This document shows, piece by piece, positions 10,385-19,355 of a stretch of 64,000 nucleotides of DNA. Under the pieces are notes generated by a model that was given only the letters and a program-made list of their open reading frames with translations, ran no database searches and was not told the DNA's origin. Origin of the DNA: Clostridia bacterium (GTDB taxonomy: Bacteria > Bacillota > Clostridia > Oscillospirales > CAG-272); assembly GCA_017463865.1 (NCBI GenBank), contig JAFTOI010000003.1:5219-69218 (forward strand). Direction: 5' to 3'. Both the position numbers and the translations under genes were made by a program. The first letter of the stretch is position 1, and each line of letters starts with the position of its first letter.

Positions 10385-11648
10385 ACAGGATATAGTCGGT
10401 GATGCAGTCGTACCAGTGGACGTAGGTCTCGCCGTTGACGGTCAGACGCCCGTTATCGGGGAGCTGCTCGGTCCACGGGCGGCCGTAGCGGGCTATCGCC
10501 CAGTCGTCGCGGTTGAAGCGGCGCCAGAGGATGGTGCGGCCGGCTTGGTCGAGGTAATATTCACACAGCATTGCGCCATTCTTTGTCAACTCGATATCAA
10601 CTACACGGATCGTGTCATACACCCGTGCGCCCAACCTGACAGAATAGCGCCCCACTATGTCGGACACATCATCGTCCAATTGCGCGAGCAGCCCCTCCTC
10701 CGTCTGCACGATCTGTCCATGCGGCACACGCACAACTGGAAGACCGCAATTATTTTTACCGATGGCATATGCATCCGCAAAATCTTGGTCCAAAAAGGTC
10801 ACGATCTTGCGCACACCCTGCACATCCATATGCACACCGCCAAGATAGCGGCAGAAATCCTCGGTCAACTGGGCAAAGATGGTGCTTTCCTCCACTGTTT
10901 TTCCCTGCTCGTAGTATGCCGATTGGATCTCCACGCCGCGAATCCCATGGATCTCAACCTCCCCGGTCGCGCGCATGACATAGTACCCGCTCAGCGTTTT
11001 CTGCGGGAAATCATACATGCCAAAGATAAGTGTCTCCCCGCATTTCGGTACGATCATCATGCCCGCCAGCTCTTCGTGACGGACAGAAAACGGCGCTTCC
11101 TCCAGCCGCGTGATCGTATAGTCCGGCATCATGTTCGGCAGTTTCGTCATCTCATTCTCTCCTTTTCTCTCGTTCGGCGGATACGGATAGGCCTCGCGGA
11201 ACTGTGCCTTCGCGCGGTTCAAGCGGCTCTTCACCGTTCCCAGCGGCACGTTCAGCCGCTCTGCGATCTCAGCCTGCGGCAGGCCGCGGAAGTAGTACAG
11301 GTACAGCACCTGCCGCTCCACGCCGCCCAGTCGATCGAGCGTGTCACGCACGACCTCGCGCACGGTCACGCCCTGCCGGCCATAACTCAGAGCCGACTCA
11401 GTCAGCGCATCAAGCGGGATCTCCATCCGCTTGGCCTTGGCGCGGAAGTGATCCGTACACCGGCTTCGCGCGATACTCAGCAGCCACGCCTTCGCTGTGG
11501 CGGGACTGCGCAGATCGTCCCGCTTCTGGTAGGCGGTCAGCCAGACCTCCTGCAGCACGTCGTCTGCGTCAGTCGCCGGCAGGCGGAACTTCACGAACCG
11601 CTCGACTGCGCCGCGGTGCGCCTCCATCAGCGCCTCGAATGGCTCCAT
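10383..11648 (-). CDS. ECF sigma-70 factor fused in frame to a 255-aa C-terminal domain of unknown function
   Basis: ORF 10383..11687 trimmed to ATG 11648 (AAGGAGGTGAGG RBS). Region 2 (DDVLQEVWLTAY) and region 4 (LPQAEIAERLNVPLGTVKSRLNRAK) end near residue 166. The remaining domain is soluble, with no TM helix. Confidence 0.8.
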   Translation of the reverse strand: MEPFEALMEAHRGAVERFVKFRLPATDADDVLQEVWLTAYQKRDDLRSPATAKAWLLSIARSRCTDHFRAKAKRMEIPLDALTESALSYGRQGVTVREVVRDTLDRLGGVERQVLYLYYFRGLPQAEIAERLNVPLGTVKSRLNRAKAQFREAYPYPPNERKGENEMTKLPNMMPDYTITRLEEAPFSVRHEELAGMMIVPKCGETLIFGMYDFPQKTLSGYYVMRATGEVEIHGIRGVEIQSAYYEQGKTVEESTIFAQLTEDFCRYLGGVHMDVQGVRKIVTFLDQDFADAYAIGKNNCGLPVVRVPHGQIVQTEEGLLAQLDDDVSDIVGRYSVRLGARVYDTIRVVDIELTKNGAMLCEYYLDQAGRTILWRRFNRDDWAIARYGRPWTEQLPDNGRLTVNGETYVHWYDCITDYIL

Positions 11649-11692
11649 ATCCTCACCTCCTTGTGTTGTTCTTGAAATCGATTTCACTTATA

Positions 11693-11721
11693 TAGACGGA
11701 ATTTTCGCGCCAAAGGTTCAC
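11693..11721 (-). promoter_or_regulatory. ECF-type promoter GTGAAC-N17-CGTCTA upstream of the sigma-fusion gene
   Basis: Minus strand: GAAC at 11716..11719, CGTCTA at 11693..11698. Matches the general ECF AAC-N16/17-CGT architecture and lies about 45 nt upstream of the ATG. Confidence 0.55.
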
Positions 11722-11769
11722 GCTGCGCGAAAAATTTTATGTGCAGGCATGTTGATCGCGTATTTTCAA

Positions 11770-11798
11770 CAATTTATTGATTTTCAAACAATAAATTG
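11770..11798. promoter_or_regulatory. Inverted repeat CAATTTATTG-N9-CAATAAATTG (candidate operator)
   Basis: Perfect 10-bp arms at 11770..11779 and 11789..11798. It abuts the -35 of the XRE-family gene promoter. Confidence 0.5.
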
Positions 11799-11802
11799 AT
11801 GA

Positions 11803-11831
11803 TTGATTTCTCTCCCGTCATCTGCTACAAT
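11803..11831 (+). promoter_or_regulatory. Sigma-A promoter TTGATT-17-TGcTACAAT (extended -10)
   Basis: -35 at 11803..11808, TG at 11823..11824, -10 at 11826..11831. Confidence 0.65.
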
Positions 11832-11867
11832 ATAGACACATCGGTGAATCGATACGGAGGAAACGAT

Positions 11868-13052
11868 ATGCAGATCAAATTAGGCGAGCAAATGCGGGCG
11901 CTTCGCCGCAGGGACGGAAGAACGCAGGAGGAACTGGCGCAGGCGCTGGGCGTCACCGCGCAGGCTGTTTCGCGCTGGGAGAACAGCCTCTGTTACCCCG
12001 ATATGGCGCTGATCCCGTCGATGGCAAATTTTTTCGGCGTTTCGATCGACGAGCTGTTCGGCTACCAGAACGAGCGAACCCGCAGAGTGGACGAGCTTGT
12101 GCATCGGATCCGTTCGATGAACGAGGCAAACAACGGCAGGGACATATGCATGGACGAATGTATCAGGCTGGCCAGAGAGGGCTTGGCAGAATTTCCCGGG
12201 AACGAGAAGCTTATGCTGTGCCTCGCCTCTGTGCTCTATAACGCAGGCTATATCCGTTACGGCGAACACCATCTGACTGACGCGGAGGGCTGCGATGTGT
12301 ACGACACGGAGAGGCATCGCACCTATGCCGAATGGCAGGAGGCGATCAAGCTTTACGAGAAACTGCTGACCACGCTGAAGGATGGCCAACTGCGCCATCA
12401 GGCGGTGCGGGAATTGATCCAGCTTTATGCGAACATTGGCGAATCCGAAAAGGCCATTGCCGTCGCCGAAGCCTGCACGGAGCTGCGGGACTGCCGGGAA
12501 TTCATGCTGGCCAGCGCCTGCGACGGCAGAAAAAGAGCGGAACACCTCGGGAAAGCGCTGTTGGAACTGGTATCCACCTGTGTGGAGCAGATGGTGCAAT
12601 GCTTGATCGCGATCCCGAACGGTTCCGATCCTGTGCTGGCAGCACAGGTGATCCAAAACGCCATCGCGATGTTCGATCTGCTCTGCACGGACGGTCAATA
12701 CGGCCTGTACAACGAGCTGATCTCGCGGTTGTATCTGTATCTGTCCGAGCATCAATGGCGGGCGGGAGACCGCGACGGCGCTTTTGCCTCTTTAGAAAGG
12801 GCGCTTGACCATGCAAGGGCTTATGAAAGCTGCAACGGGAGGCAAGATATGCATTTCACCGCACCGCTGCTCCAAACGGTAAAGATCAATCCCGAGGGCT
12901 ATGACTGCCTGTGCGCTGCATCAAATCTGTCCGAAGCATGGCCGTGGTGGTGCGTGCCGGACTACAGCGACGTGAAGGAGGAAATACAACGGGATCCAAG
13001 GTGGCATGCCTGGGTCGAGCGGACAAAGCAGCCTGGTCAGCCACCAATTTAA
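11868..13052 (+). CDS. XRE-family HTH regulator with a long TPR-like helical-repeat C-terminal domain (RRNPP-like architecture)
   Basis: ORF 11796..13052 trimmed to ATG 11868 (GGAGG 7 nt upstream). HTH QEELAQALGVTAQAVSRWENSLCYPD, followed by about 320 aa of helical repeats. Confidence 0.75.
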   Translation: MQIKLGEQMRALRRRDGRTQEELAQALGVTAQAVSRWENSLCYPDMALIPSMANFFGVSIDELFGYQNERTRRVDELVHRIRSMNEANNGRDICMDECIRLAREGLAEFPGNEKLMLCLASVLYNAGYIRYGEHHLTDAEGCDVYDTERHRTYAEWQEAIKLYEKLLTTLKDGQLRHQAVRELIQLYANIGESEKAIAVAEACTELRDCREFMLASACDGRKRAEHLGKALLELVSTCVEQMVQCLIAIPNGSDPVLAAQVIQNAIAMFDLLCTDGQYGLYNELISRLYLYLSEHQWRAGDRDGAFASLERALDHARAYESCNGRQDMHFTAPLLQTVKINPEGYDCLCAASNLSEAWPWWCVPDYSDVKEEIQRDPRWHAWVERTKQPGQPPI

Positions 13053-13058
13053 GCAAAA

Positions 13059-13091
13059 CAAGGGCGAATCAAACGATTCGCCCTTGTTTTT
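13059..13091. terminator. Bidirectional rho-independent terminator
   Basis: CAAGGGCGAATC-AAAC-GATTCGCCCTTG plus T6, between convergent genes. Confidence 0.8.
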
Positions 13092-14137
13092 TACACCAGA
13101 TAGCGATTGACCACCGGGATCTTCCCCAGCGCCCACGACGCGGCCGCGCTTAGGACGAAGACGATCAGCGCGCTCAGCGGCACCGTGATGACCGGCGCGA
13201 ACGCATCGGCTGTCAGCCCCAAACCGGCCAGCAGCTTGATGAAGAAATCATGCACCAAGTAAATGCCAAAGGTCAGCCGGGACAGCGTCATGACCACCTT
13301 GCCGCGCAGTTCGGTCTTCGGCGCCGCATTGGCACGGCGCCGGAACAGGAGAAACATCGCGGCGGCGGTAAAATAGGTGTTGGGCAGGAGATTGCCGAAC
13401 CAGGTGGTATTCCCCACGCCATCCCGCACCGACAGGATCGCCGTCGCGGCAACCGTGAAAACCAGCGACACTCCGCCAAGCAGGCATATTGCTCGCTCGA
13501 ACCGGCGCGGGAGCGCGTAGGATGCGAGGTAATGCCCAAGCACGAAATAGCCGGTGCAGCCAAGGAAAAACTCAAGATGCAGCTTGGCCATCGTCGCCTC
13601 GACGATGGCGGTCAGCGGCGGGATCAGCTTCAGCGTGTTGACGCAGATGACCGCAAGGAAGGAAACGAGCAGGAAATACTCCGCGCACCGCCGCTCCCGG
13701 CAAATACAGCGCAGCATGGGCGTCGCGATGTAGAGCCCCATCATGGTGAAGAGGAACCACATGTGATAATGCCCGTAGGCAAAATCGCGCCAGAAGGCCG
13801 GCCAGTCGGCGGCATCGGGCAGCAGCACATTGAAGGTCACCGAATAGGCCAGCGACCAGAAGAGGAATGCCGTCACCATGCGCAGCAGATGCCGCCCAAA
13901 CAACCTGCGCGGCAGCACCTCACGCTCCGGCGCGAGGAAGACCGCCCCCGAGAGCATGAAGAATACCGGCACGCTGAAGCGCACCAGCGCATTGAACAGA
14001 TTGATCGCCTGCCACGTCAGCTCGGCCGGCGGCAGGCTCTGCCACGGGCCGGCGCAAACATGCAGTACGACAACGCAGAACGCTGCGAAGATCCGCAGGC
14101 GGTCAAGGTAAGGCACACGTTGTGCAGTTGTGGTCAT
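13091..14137 (-). CDS. Acyltransferase family 3 membrane protein (O-acyltransferase)
   Basis: About 10 TM helices. N-terminus RVPYLDRLRIFAAFCVVVLHV is typical of acyltransferase_3. GGAGGTG RBS. Confidence 0.75.
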   Translation of the reverse strand: MTTTAQRVPYLDRLRIFAAFCVVVLHVCAGPWQSLPPAELTWQAINLFNALVRFSVPVFFMLSGAVFLAPEREVLPRRLFGRHLLRMVTAFLFWSLAYSVTFNVLLPDAADWPAFWRDFAYGHYHMWFLFTMMGLYIATPMLRCICRERRCAEYFLLVSFLAVICVNTLKLIPPLTAIVEATMAKLHLEFFLGCTGYFVLGHYLASYALPRRFERAICLLGGVSLVFTVAATAILSVRDGVGNTTWFGNLLPNTYFTAAAMFLLFRRRANAAPKTELRGKVVMTLSRLTFGIYLVHDFFIKLLAGLGLTADAFAPVITVPLSALIVFVLSAAASWALGKIPVVNRYLV

Positions 14138-14161
14138 CGGACACCTCCGTCAAAGAAAACA

Positions 14162-14181
14162 GGGCGGACTTTCGTCCGCCC
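14162..14181 (-). terminator. Rho-independent terminator of the glycan-uptake operon
   Basis: Minus strand GGGCGGAC-GAAA-GTCCGCCC followed by TGTTTTCTTT. It lies 38 nt after stop 14219 and 25 nt before the acyltransferase ATG. Confidence 0.7.
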
Positions 14182-14218
14182 CGTTTGGAGTTTTGATTTG
14201 TTTGCTTCGGCCGCGGAA

Positions 14219-15277
14219 TTAACCGGTGATACCGGAGCGCTCGATACCCTGGATGAGGTAACGCTGGCAGAAGAGGTACATGATGATCAGAGGCATAATG
14301 ATCATCAGACCGCAGGTATTACGGATTGCAGCGTAATACAGGTTCTGGCCGGCATAGTTCATTTCCAGAGACTTCGGAATGTCGATGATATCGGGCATCA
14401 GAGTCGTCTTGGTGGTAGTGAAGAACAACGTCGTGTAGAAGTCGTCGGTCCACTGCCACGAGAAGGCGAACAGGAAGACGGTGATCATCATCGGGACGGA
14501 CAGCGGGAGGATGATCTGGATGAAGGTACGGAACACGCCCGAACCGTCAATATAAGCAGACTCCTCAAGTTCGTCCGGTACGCCGCGGAAGAACTGGCGA
14601 AGCATGAAGATGTACAGACCGTTCTTGAAGCCCAGGCCGCACATCGACAGGATGATCATCGGCCAGTAGGTGTTGGTGAGGTTGAGCTCCGCAAAGGGCA
14701 GAATCTTCAGAGACTCGATGACACCGCCGCCCAGCAGGCTGAAGATGCCGAGGATATCGAAGTAACGGAACTGCATGAACAGCGAGAGCTGCAGGGTCTG
14801 GTGCGGAACGACCATGGTCAGGACAACAGCCAGGAAAACCAGATTGTTACCCTTGAACTTGAACTTCGCAAGACCGTATGCAACAACGCAGCAGACGAAA
14901 GTCTGGATCAGCGCGGTGGAGACCGAGAGAACCAGCGTATTCACGAAGGCCTCCCAGTAACCGAGCTCATTGATGATCGCCTTGTAGATATCCAGCGTGA
15001 AGTGCTTGGGGATCAGGCGAACCGTTACATCAACGAAGTCTTCGGGAGCCATGAAAGAACCCGAGATCTTAGAGAAGAACGGGAAAAGGATGACGTAGGA
15101 GATACCCACGAGAAGAACGAGACGGAAGATAAACCAGACTACCTTCTGGACAAAGAACAGCGAGCCGAACTTGGCCATCAGTCTTTCCTTGAGAGGGGTT
15201 CTTTCGAAATCGACCTTGATCTTGTTCTTCGATTCCTTCATTACAGCAGGAGCTTTTTGCATGTTTTGTGCGTCCAT
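14219..15277 (-). CDS. Carbohydrate ABC transporter permease (MalG/LplC-like), second pair
   Basis: Six predicted TM helices, EAA-type loop (ESAYIDGSGVFRTFIQIILPLSVP), long basic N-terminal extension. Confidence 0.85.
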   Translation of the reverse strand: MDAQNMQKAPAVMKESKNKIKVDFERTPLKERLMAKFGSLFFVQKVVWFIFRLVLLVGISYVILFPFFSKISGSFMAPEDFVDVTVRLIPKHFTLDIYKAIINELGYWEAFVNTLVLSVSTALIQTFVCCVVAYGLAKFKFKGNNLVFLAVVLTMVVPHQTLQLSLFMQFRYFDILGIFSLLGGGVIESLKILPFAELNLTNTYWPMIILSMCGLGFKNGLYIFMLRQFFRGVPDELEESAYIDGSGVFRTFIQIILPLSVPMMITVFLFAFSWQWTDDFYTTLFFTTTKTTLMPDIIDIPKSLEMNYAGQNLYYAAIRNTCGLMIIMPLIIMYLFCQRYLIQGIERSGITG

Positions 15278-15289
15278 TGTTTACCCTCC

Positions 15290-16261
15290 TTAATCCCTTC
15301 TCTGGTAGAAGACATATGCCGACATGACACCAGCAACAGCCGCGATGATCAGCATGACGATAATGAAGTACATCCAGGACATTGCGGAGGAGATGACGTT
15401 ACCGTCAGCCTGCTCGTAAACGCCGGAGATAAAGGTCATGACTTGGTTCGATTCGGATGTGAAGGAGTCGATGATGGTATAAATGCCGTTTACCAGGATC
15501 ATGGGACTGATCATCGGGAAGGTGATCTTCCAGAAGGTTTCCCATGCGGTTGCGCCGTCGATCGAGCAGGACTCGTAGATGGCGGGCGAGATGGACTGCA
15601 GGCCGGAGAGGAAGATCAGCATCTGTACGCCGGAACGGTTGACGATGTTATAGATGTTGTTGATCATCGTTGTAACATAGGTAACCAGTTCTGAACCGAC
15701 CTTCATGTTGGCGAACAGTCGTTCGACGTCCATGGCGGAGACAAGCTCGGAGGCGACGCTCTCGCCGGAGCCATCGTTGATACCTTCGGAGCCTTCCATG
15801 TACTCAGACATGATGTTCTGTGCGTCGATCGACTCGATCAGACCGGTGGACAGGATGACCGGGACGAAGAAGATCGCACGGAACGCTGCACGGCCGAACA
15901 TCTTCTGGTTCAGCAGAACAGCCATGAACAGGGAGAAAATAACGATTGCGGGGATATCGAAGCAAAGCTGCTTCAGACCGGAGACCAGCGTCTTGACGAA
16001 GTCAGGGTCGACAAAGAGGGCCTCCTGATAGTTCTGCAGGCCAACCGGGAGCAGCTCGAAGCCGCCGCCCGTGATGGGCTTGATGCGATAGAAACTCAGA
16101 CGAATGGACTCGATGATAATGGGAAGGTAGATGATGAGGAAGCCAAGCACGAACGGGAGGACGAAGACCCAACCCGCGCGAGCCTTCTTCCGGTCAAGAG
16201 AAGCGGGCCGCTTATTTTTCGGCGCGGACTTAGCCGCAGTTTTTGTATTCGTCATATTCAC
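15290..16261 (-). CDS. Carbohydrate ABC transporter permease (MalF/LplB-like), second pair
   Basis: TM-rich. EAA loop ESCSIDGATAWETFWKITFPMISP. Confidence 0.85.
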   Translation of the reverse strand: MNMTNTKTAAKSAPKNKRPASLDRKKARAGWVFVLPFVLGFLIIYLPIIIESIRLSFYRIKPITGGGFELLPVGLQNYQEALFVDPDFVKTLVSGLKQLCFDIPAIVIFSLFMAVLLNQKMFGRAAFRAIFFVPVILSTGLIESIDAQNIMSEYMEGSEGINDGSGESVASELVSAMDVERLFANMKVGSELVTYVTTMINNIYNIVNRSGVQMLIFLSGLQSISPAIYESCSIDGATAWETFWKITFPMISPMILVNGIYTIIDSFTSESNQVMTFISGVYEQADGNVISSAMSWMYFIIVMLIIAAVAGVMSAYVFYQRRD

Positions 16262-16272
16262 ACCTCTCTTTC

Positions 16273-19200
16273 TTAGTTAATACGGATGAAACCAAACTCG
16301 GGGATGGTGTAGGTCGTGCCATTGTCAACAACGGTAACGGAGAAGTAGTTGTAGTTGAGGTAGAAGACGACGCCGCCTTCGTAGGTGACCTTCACAATAC
16401 GACCGTCATCGGTGGTGTACTTGGTGTACTGGTAGCCTTCCTCTTCCTCGGTCTCGATGATGAAGCTGGGCGTGCTGGTTGCAGGCTTCTCAGCGGGGAC
16501 ATAGACCTCGCCGGCCTCTTCGGCCTTACGCTTTGCGCGGGCCTCCTCGAGGGCTGCCTTGCGGGCTGCTTCCTCTTCCTTGGCCTTCTGCTCAGCTGCT
16601 TCAGCTTCAGCTGCGAGCTTATCTGCTTCGATCTCGTCTGCGTCGGGCACACGCTCACCGATGAGGAACTCATGGTCAACGATCAGCTTGGTCTGCAGAT
16701 CCTTGGTGACCTCATTGAGAGCCTGGTAGCGCTCGACGAGCTCGTCGAACCAGATATCATAGCGGACGGAGTAGTACTGGCTGAACTGATAGTCTTCCTT
16801 CAGCTTCTCGGTGTTCTGATAGGACAGCGTGAAGTAGAGGGATGCGCCGTTCTCGATGGCCTTAAGGAAATCGTAACCGATGTCACCGGCCATGTTGATC
16901 GGCGTGCCGGCGAACTGTACGCGGCCGTGGAGAACCATACCCATGAACGGGATGGAACGGCTGGCCTTGAGGAAACGGGAGGAATCCAGCGGTACATTGA
17001 GCAGGTGGTCGACATAGGGCAGCGCGTAAGCGTTACCGCCATCAGCCATGACATTCGCGTAATCCTCGCTGATCTGCTTGAGCATATCAACGGTGAATTC
17101 CTTGTTGTCCTCGCGGTTGTACGGTTCGTCTTCATCGAAGTCGGAGTTCAGATCGGATGCGAGGGTGGAGACCGAAATACCGGTGTTCTGGTATTCCTGG
17201 TACTCCTTGTTGAGCTTATCGTAGAAGTACGAGTAGTAAGCGGGCGAGATGGCCAGCTCACCGTAGCTCTCGAAGGACTGGTAAGTTGCGGAATAGTAAC
17301 GACGGGAAGTGTAACGGTCGTCGATGGTCTTGATGGCGTGCTTCTTGAGGTTCAGGCTGTCGAAGAGCATGTTCAAATCGGTGTACGCGAAGTCAAACTC
17401 AGGGTACACACCGAAGCCCTTCTCCTTGGAATAATCGACCAGATCCTGGAAGCCGTCGGCACCGCCGACTGCCTTTTCCCACTCCAGCTTGCCGGGGATC
17501 TCACTGTACATACCGCCATTGGCGAAGCCGGTGAGACGGAAGTTGATGTTGGTGATGCCCTCTGCGGAGAGCTCGTTGTACATGGTCTTGATATCCTCGA
17601 AGGTGGTCAGAGGCGTCATCACGTTGACCGGGATGGACATGATCTTCTCGAGGGTCTCAAGAGTACCGAACGACTCAATGTACAGCGGAACATCGGTCTT
17701 GACATCCGCCTCGGTAAGGCGGGTCAGGATGCCCTTGGATTCCCAGTAATCGCCGACCGCCTTAGCCATACCGGTGTAGGTAGGCTCATAGGTGTTCTCG
17801 AGCTTGTTAGCCTCAGCGATATCGGGATCGGTCAGCATGATGACGCGGATCTTGTAGTTGCCGACGTACTTACGGTCGGAAACGACAGTCCAAGTCGCGT
17901 TGGAGCCGACGGAGATGGCATCGCGGAGGTTGTAGGAGTCCTTCGGACGCGGCACGACGATGGTCGTGACCGAGTGGAACATGTGGAGCTGACCGCCGTG
18001 GATGGAGGAAACCTCAGCCAGTGCGTCACCCTCTTCAATGATGGCAACGAAACCGCGATCCTCGCTGTACTCGTAATCCTCGTTCTTGGTGCCCATCACA
18101 GCCTCGGTGGTGACGCCGGTGGTGGGATCGGTGGTCGCTTCGGAGATGACGTACTCCACTTCACGGGTACGGGTGTCGGTGATATTCTCAACCAGACCGT
18201 AGACAGGCATACGCATGGTCTCAAAGTGTGCACCCGAGACATTGTGGTATGCGAAGTCCATGCCGTAGAGCTTACCGGTCAGGGTGGTGGAGGACAAGGC
18301 TGCGACATCCTCAAAGTTGATGATGGCACCCGAGCCGTCGGGGATCAGGGTGTAACCGGTGTTCGGGGAAGCGCCGGCGCCCAGATAGGGCAGCACCTGA
18401 ATGTTGGTGAGCTGATACTCGGACTCGTCGAAACGCAGGCCGTTGAAGGGGACGCGGATGTTCATGCCCCACTCGTCGAGGGTATACTCGATGGCAAGGC
18501 GGAAGAGTGCGGGAGCGCGGTCGGCGCCTTCGTACTCGGTCTCAGCGTGGACTTCGTCCAGCGTTTCATAGGTGAACAGGGGGCACCATTCCTTGATGTA
18601 GCCCTCGATGGTGTTCAGGTCGTTCTCAGTTGCGGTGGGGTCGAAGACGTAGACCGCCATCTTCTTGGTGATCGGGAAGGTCGAGTGCAGCTCCAGAACG
18701 GCGCGCTCGGACTCTTCCTGAGAGGGATCCTTCAGGGTGTAGAAGGCTTCGACCTTCTTATAAGCCCAGCTGTCCTCAATGTTGGCCAGGATCAGATTTT
18801 CGAGCTTGGACTTCTCGATCATACGCGGGACCAGCTTACGGGTCTCCTCGCGGCCGATGGTGTACTCGATACGCACACCGTTCTTGATGCTCTTAACCTT
18901 GATCTGCTTACGGACAGCGGCCTCCTGGTAGCTGTAGAAATACTTCTCCTGGTCATTATCGGTGTACTTGATAATGATCTGGGACATCAGCTGCTTCTTG
19001 GTGGACTCAGAGCCATTGGAAGCAGCAACGTTGTAGGGGTTGGTGAACATGGTCTGGCCGCTTGCCAGATTGGTCCATGCGACCTCGCCCGAGTAGTAGT
19101 CTACATACACCTTAAAACCGTAAAGGTCTTCGATCATGACGTCCATGGTCGCAAGCTTTTCTTCGGGCGTCTTGAACTCCTTCGTCACATAGTTGATGAT

Positions 19201-19329
19201 GTCCTTCTCGACACCATCCTTGCCGATGTAGGTTTTTTCCTCATCGGCGGCGCTGACGGGGAGCACCGTGAGAGAACCGACCAGCATCAACACAGCTAAG
19301 AGGGCCGAAATAATTCTAAACTTTTTCAT
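16273..19329 (-). CDS. Large secreted protein of unknown function (possibly DUF5696-type, glycan-active)
   Basis: Type-I signal peptide (...LPVSA|ADEEK). 1018 aa with no catalytic motif recognisable by eye. Lys/Glu/Ala coiled-coil near the C-terminus (AAEAEAAEQKAKEEEAARKAALEEARAKRKAEEAG). The DUF5696 resemblance is from memory and unverified. Confidence 0.6.
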   Translation of the reverse strand: MKKFRIISALLAVLMLVGSLTVLPVSAADEEKTYIGKDGVEKDIINYVTKEFKTPEEKLATMDVMIEDLYGFKVYVDYYSGEVAWTNLASGQTMFTNPYNVAASNGSESTKKQLMSQIIIKYTDNDQEKYFYSYQEAAVRKQIKVKSIKNGVRIEYTIGREETRKLVPRMIEKSKLENLILANIEDSWAYKKVEAFYTLKDPSQEESERAVLELHSTFPITKKMAVYVFDPTATENDLNTIEGYIKEWCPLFTYETLDEVHAETEYEGADRAPALFRLAIEYTLDEWGMNIRVPFNGLRFDESEYQLTNIQVLPYLGAGASPNTGYTLIPDGSGAIINFEDVAALSSTTLTGKLYGMDFAYHNVSGAHFETMRMPVYGLVENITDTRTREVEYVISEATTDPTTGVTTEAVMGTKNEDYEYSEDRGFVAIIEEGDALAEVSSIHGGQLHMFHSVTTIVVPRPKDSYNLRDAISVGSNATWTVVSDRKYVGNYKIRVIMLTDPDIAEANKLENTYEPTYTGMAKAVGDYWESKGILTRLTEADVKTDVPLYIESFGTLETLEKIMSIPVNVMTPLTTFEDIKTMYNELSAEGITNINFRLTGFANGGMYSEIPGKLEWEKAVGGADGFQDLVDYSKEKGFGVYPEFDFAYTDLNMLFDSLNLKKHAIKTIDDRYTSRRYYSATYQSFESYGELAISPAYYSYFYDKLNKEYQEYQNTGISVSTLASDLNSDFDEDEPYNREDNKEFTVDMLKQISEDYANVMADGGNAYALPYVDHLLNVPLDSSRFLKASRSIPFMGMVLHGRVQFAGTPINMAGDIGYDFLKAIENGASLYFTLSYQNTEKLKEDYQFSQYYSVRYDIWFDELVERYQALNEVTKDLQTKLIVDHEFLIGERVPDADEIEADKLAAEAEAAEQKAKEEEAARKAALEEARAKRKAEEAGEVYVPAEKPATSTPSFIIETEEEEGYQYTKYTTDDGRIVKVTYEGGVVFYLNYNYFSVTVVDNGTTYTIPEFGFIRIN

Positions 19330-19355
19330 TCGTTCTTTCTCCTATCTGTTTTGTC

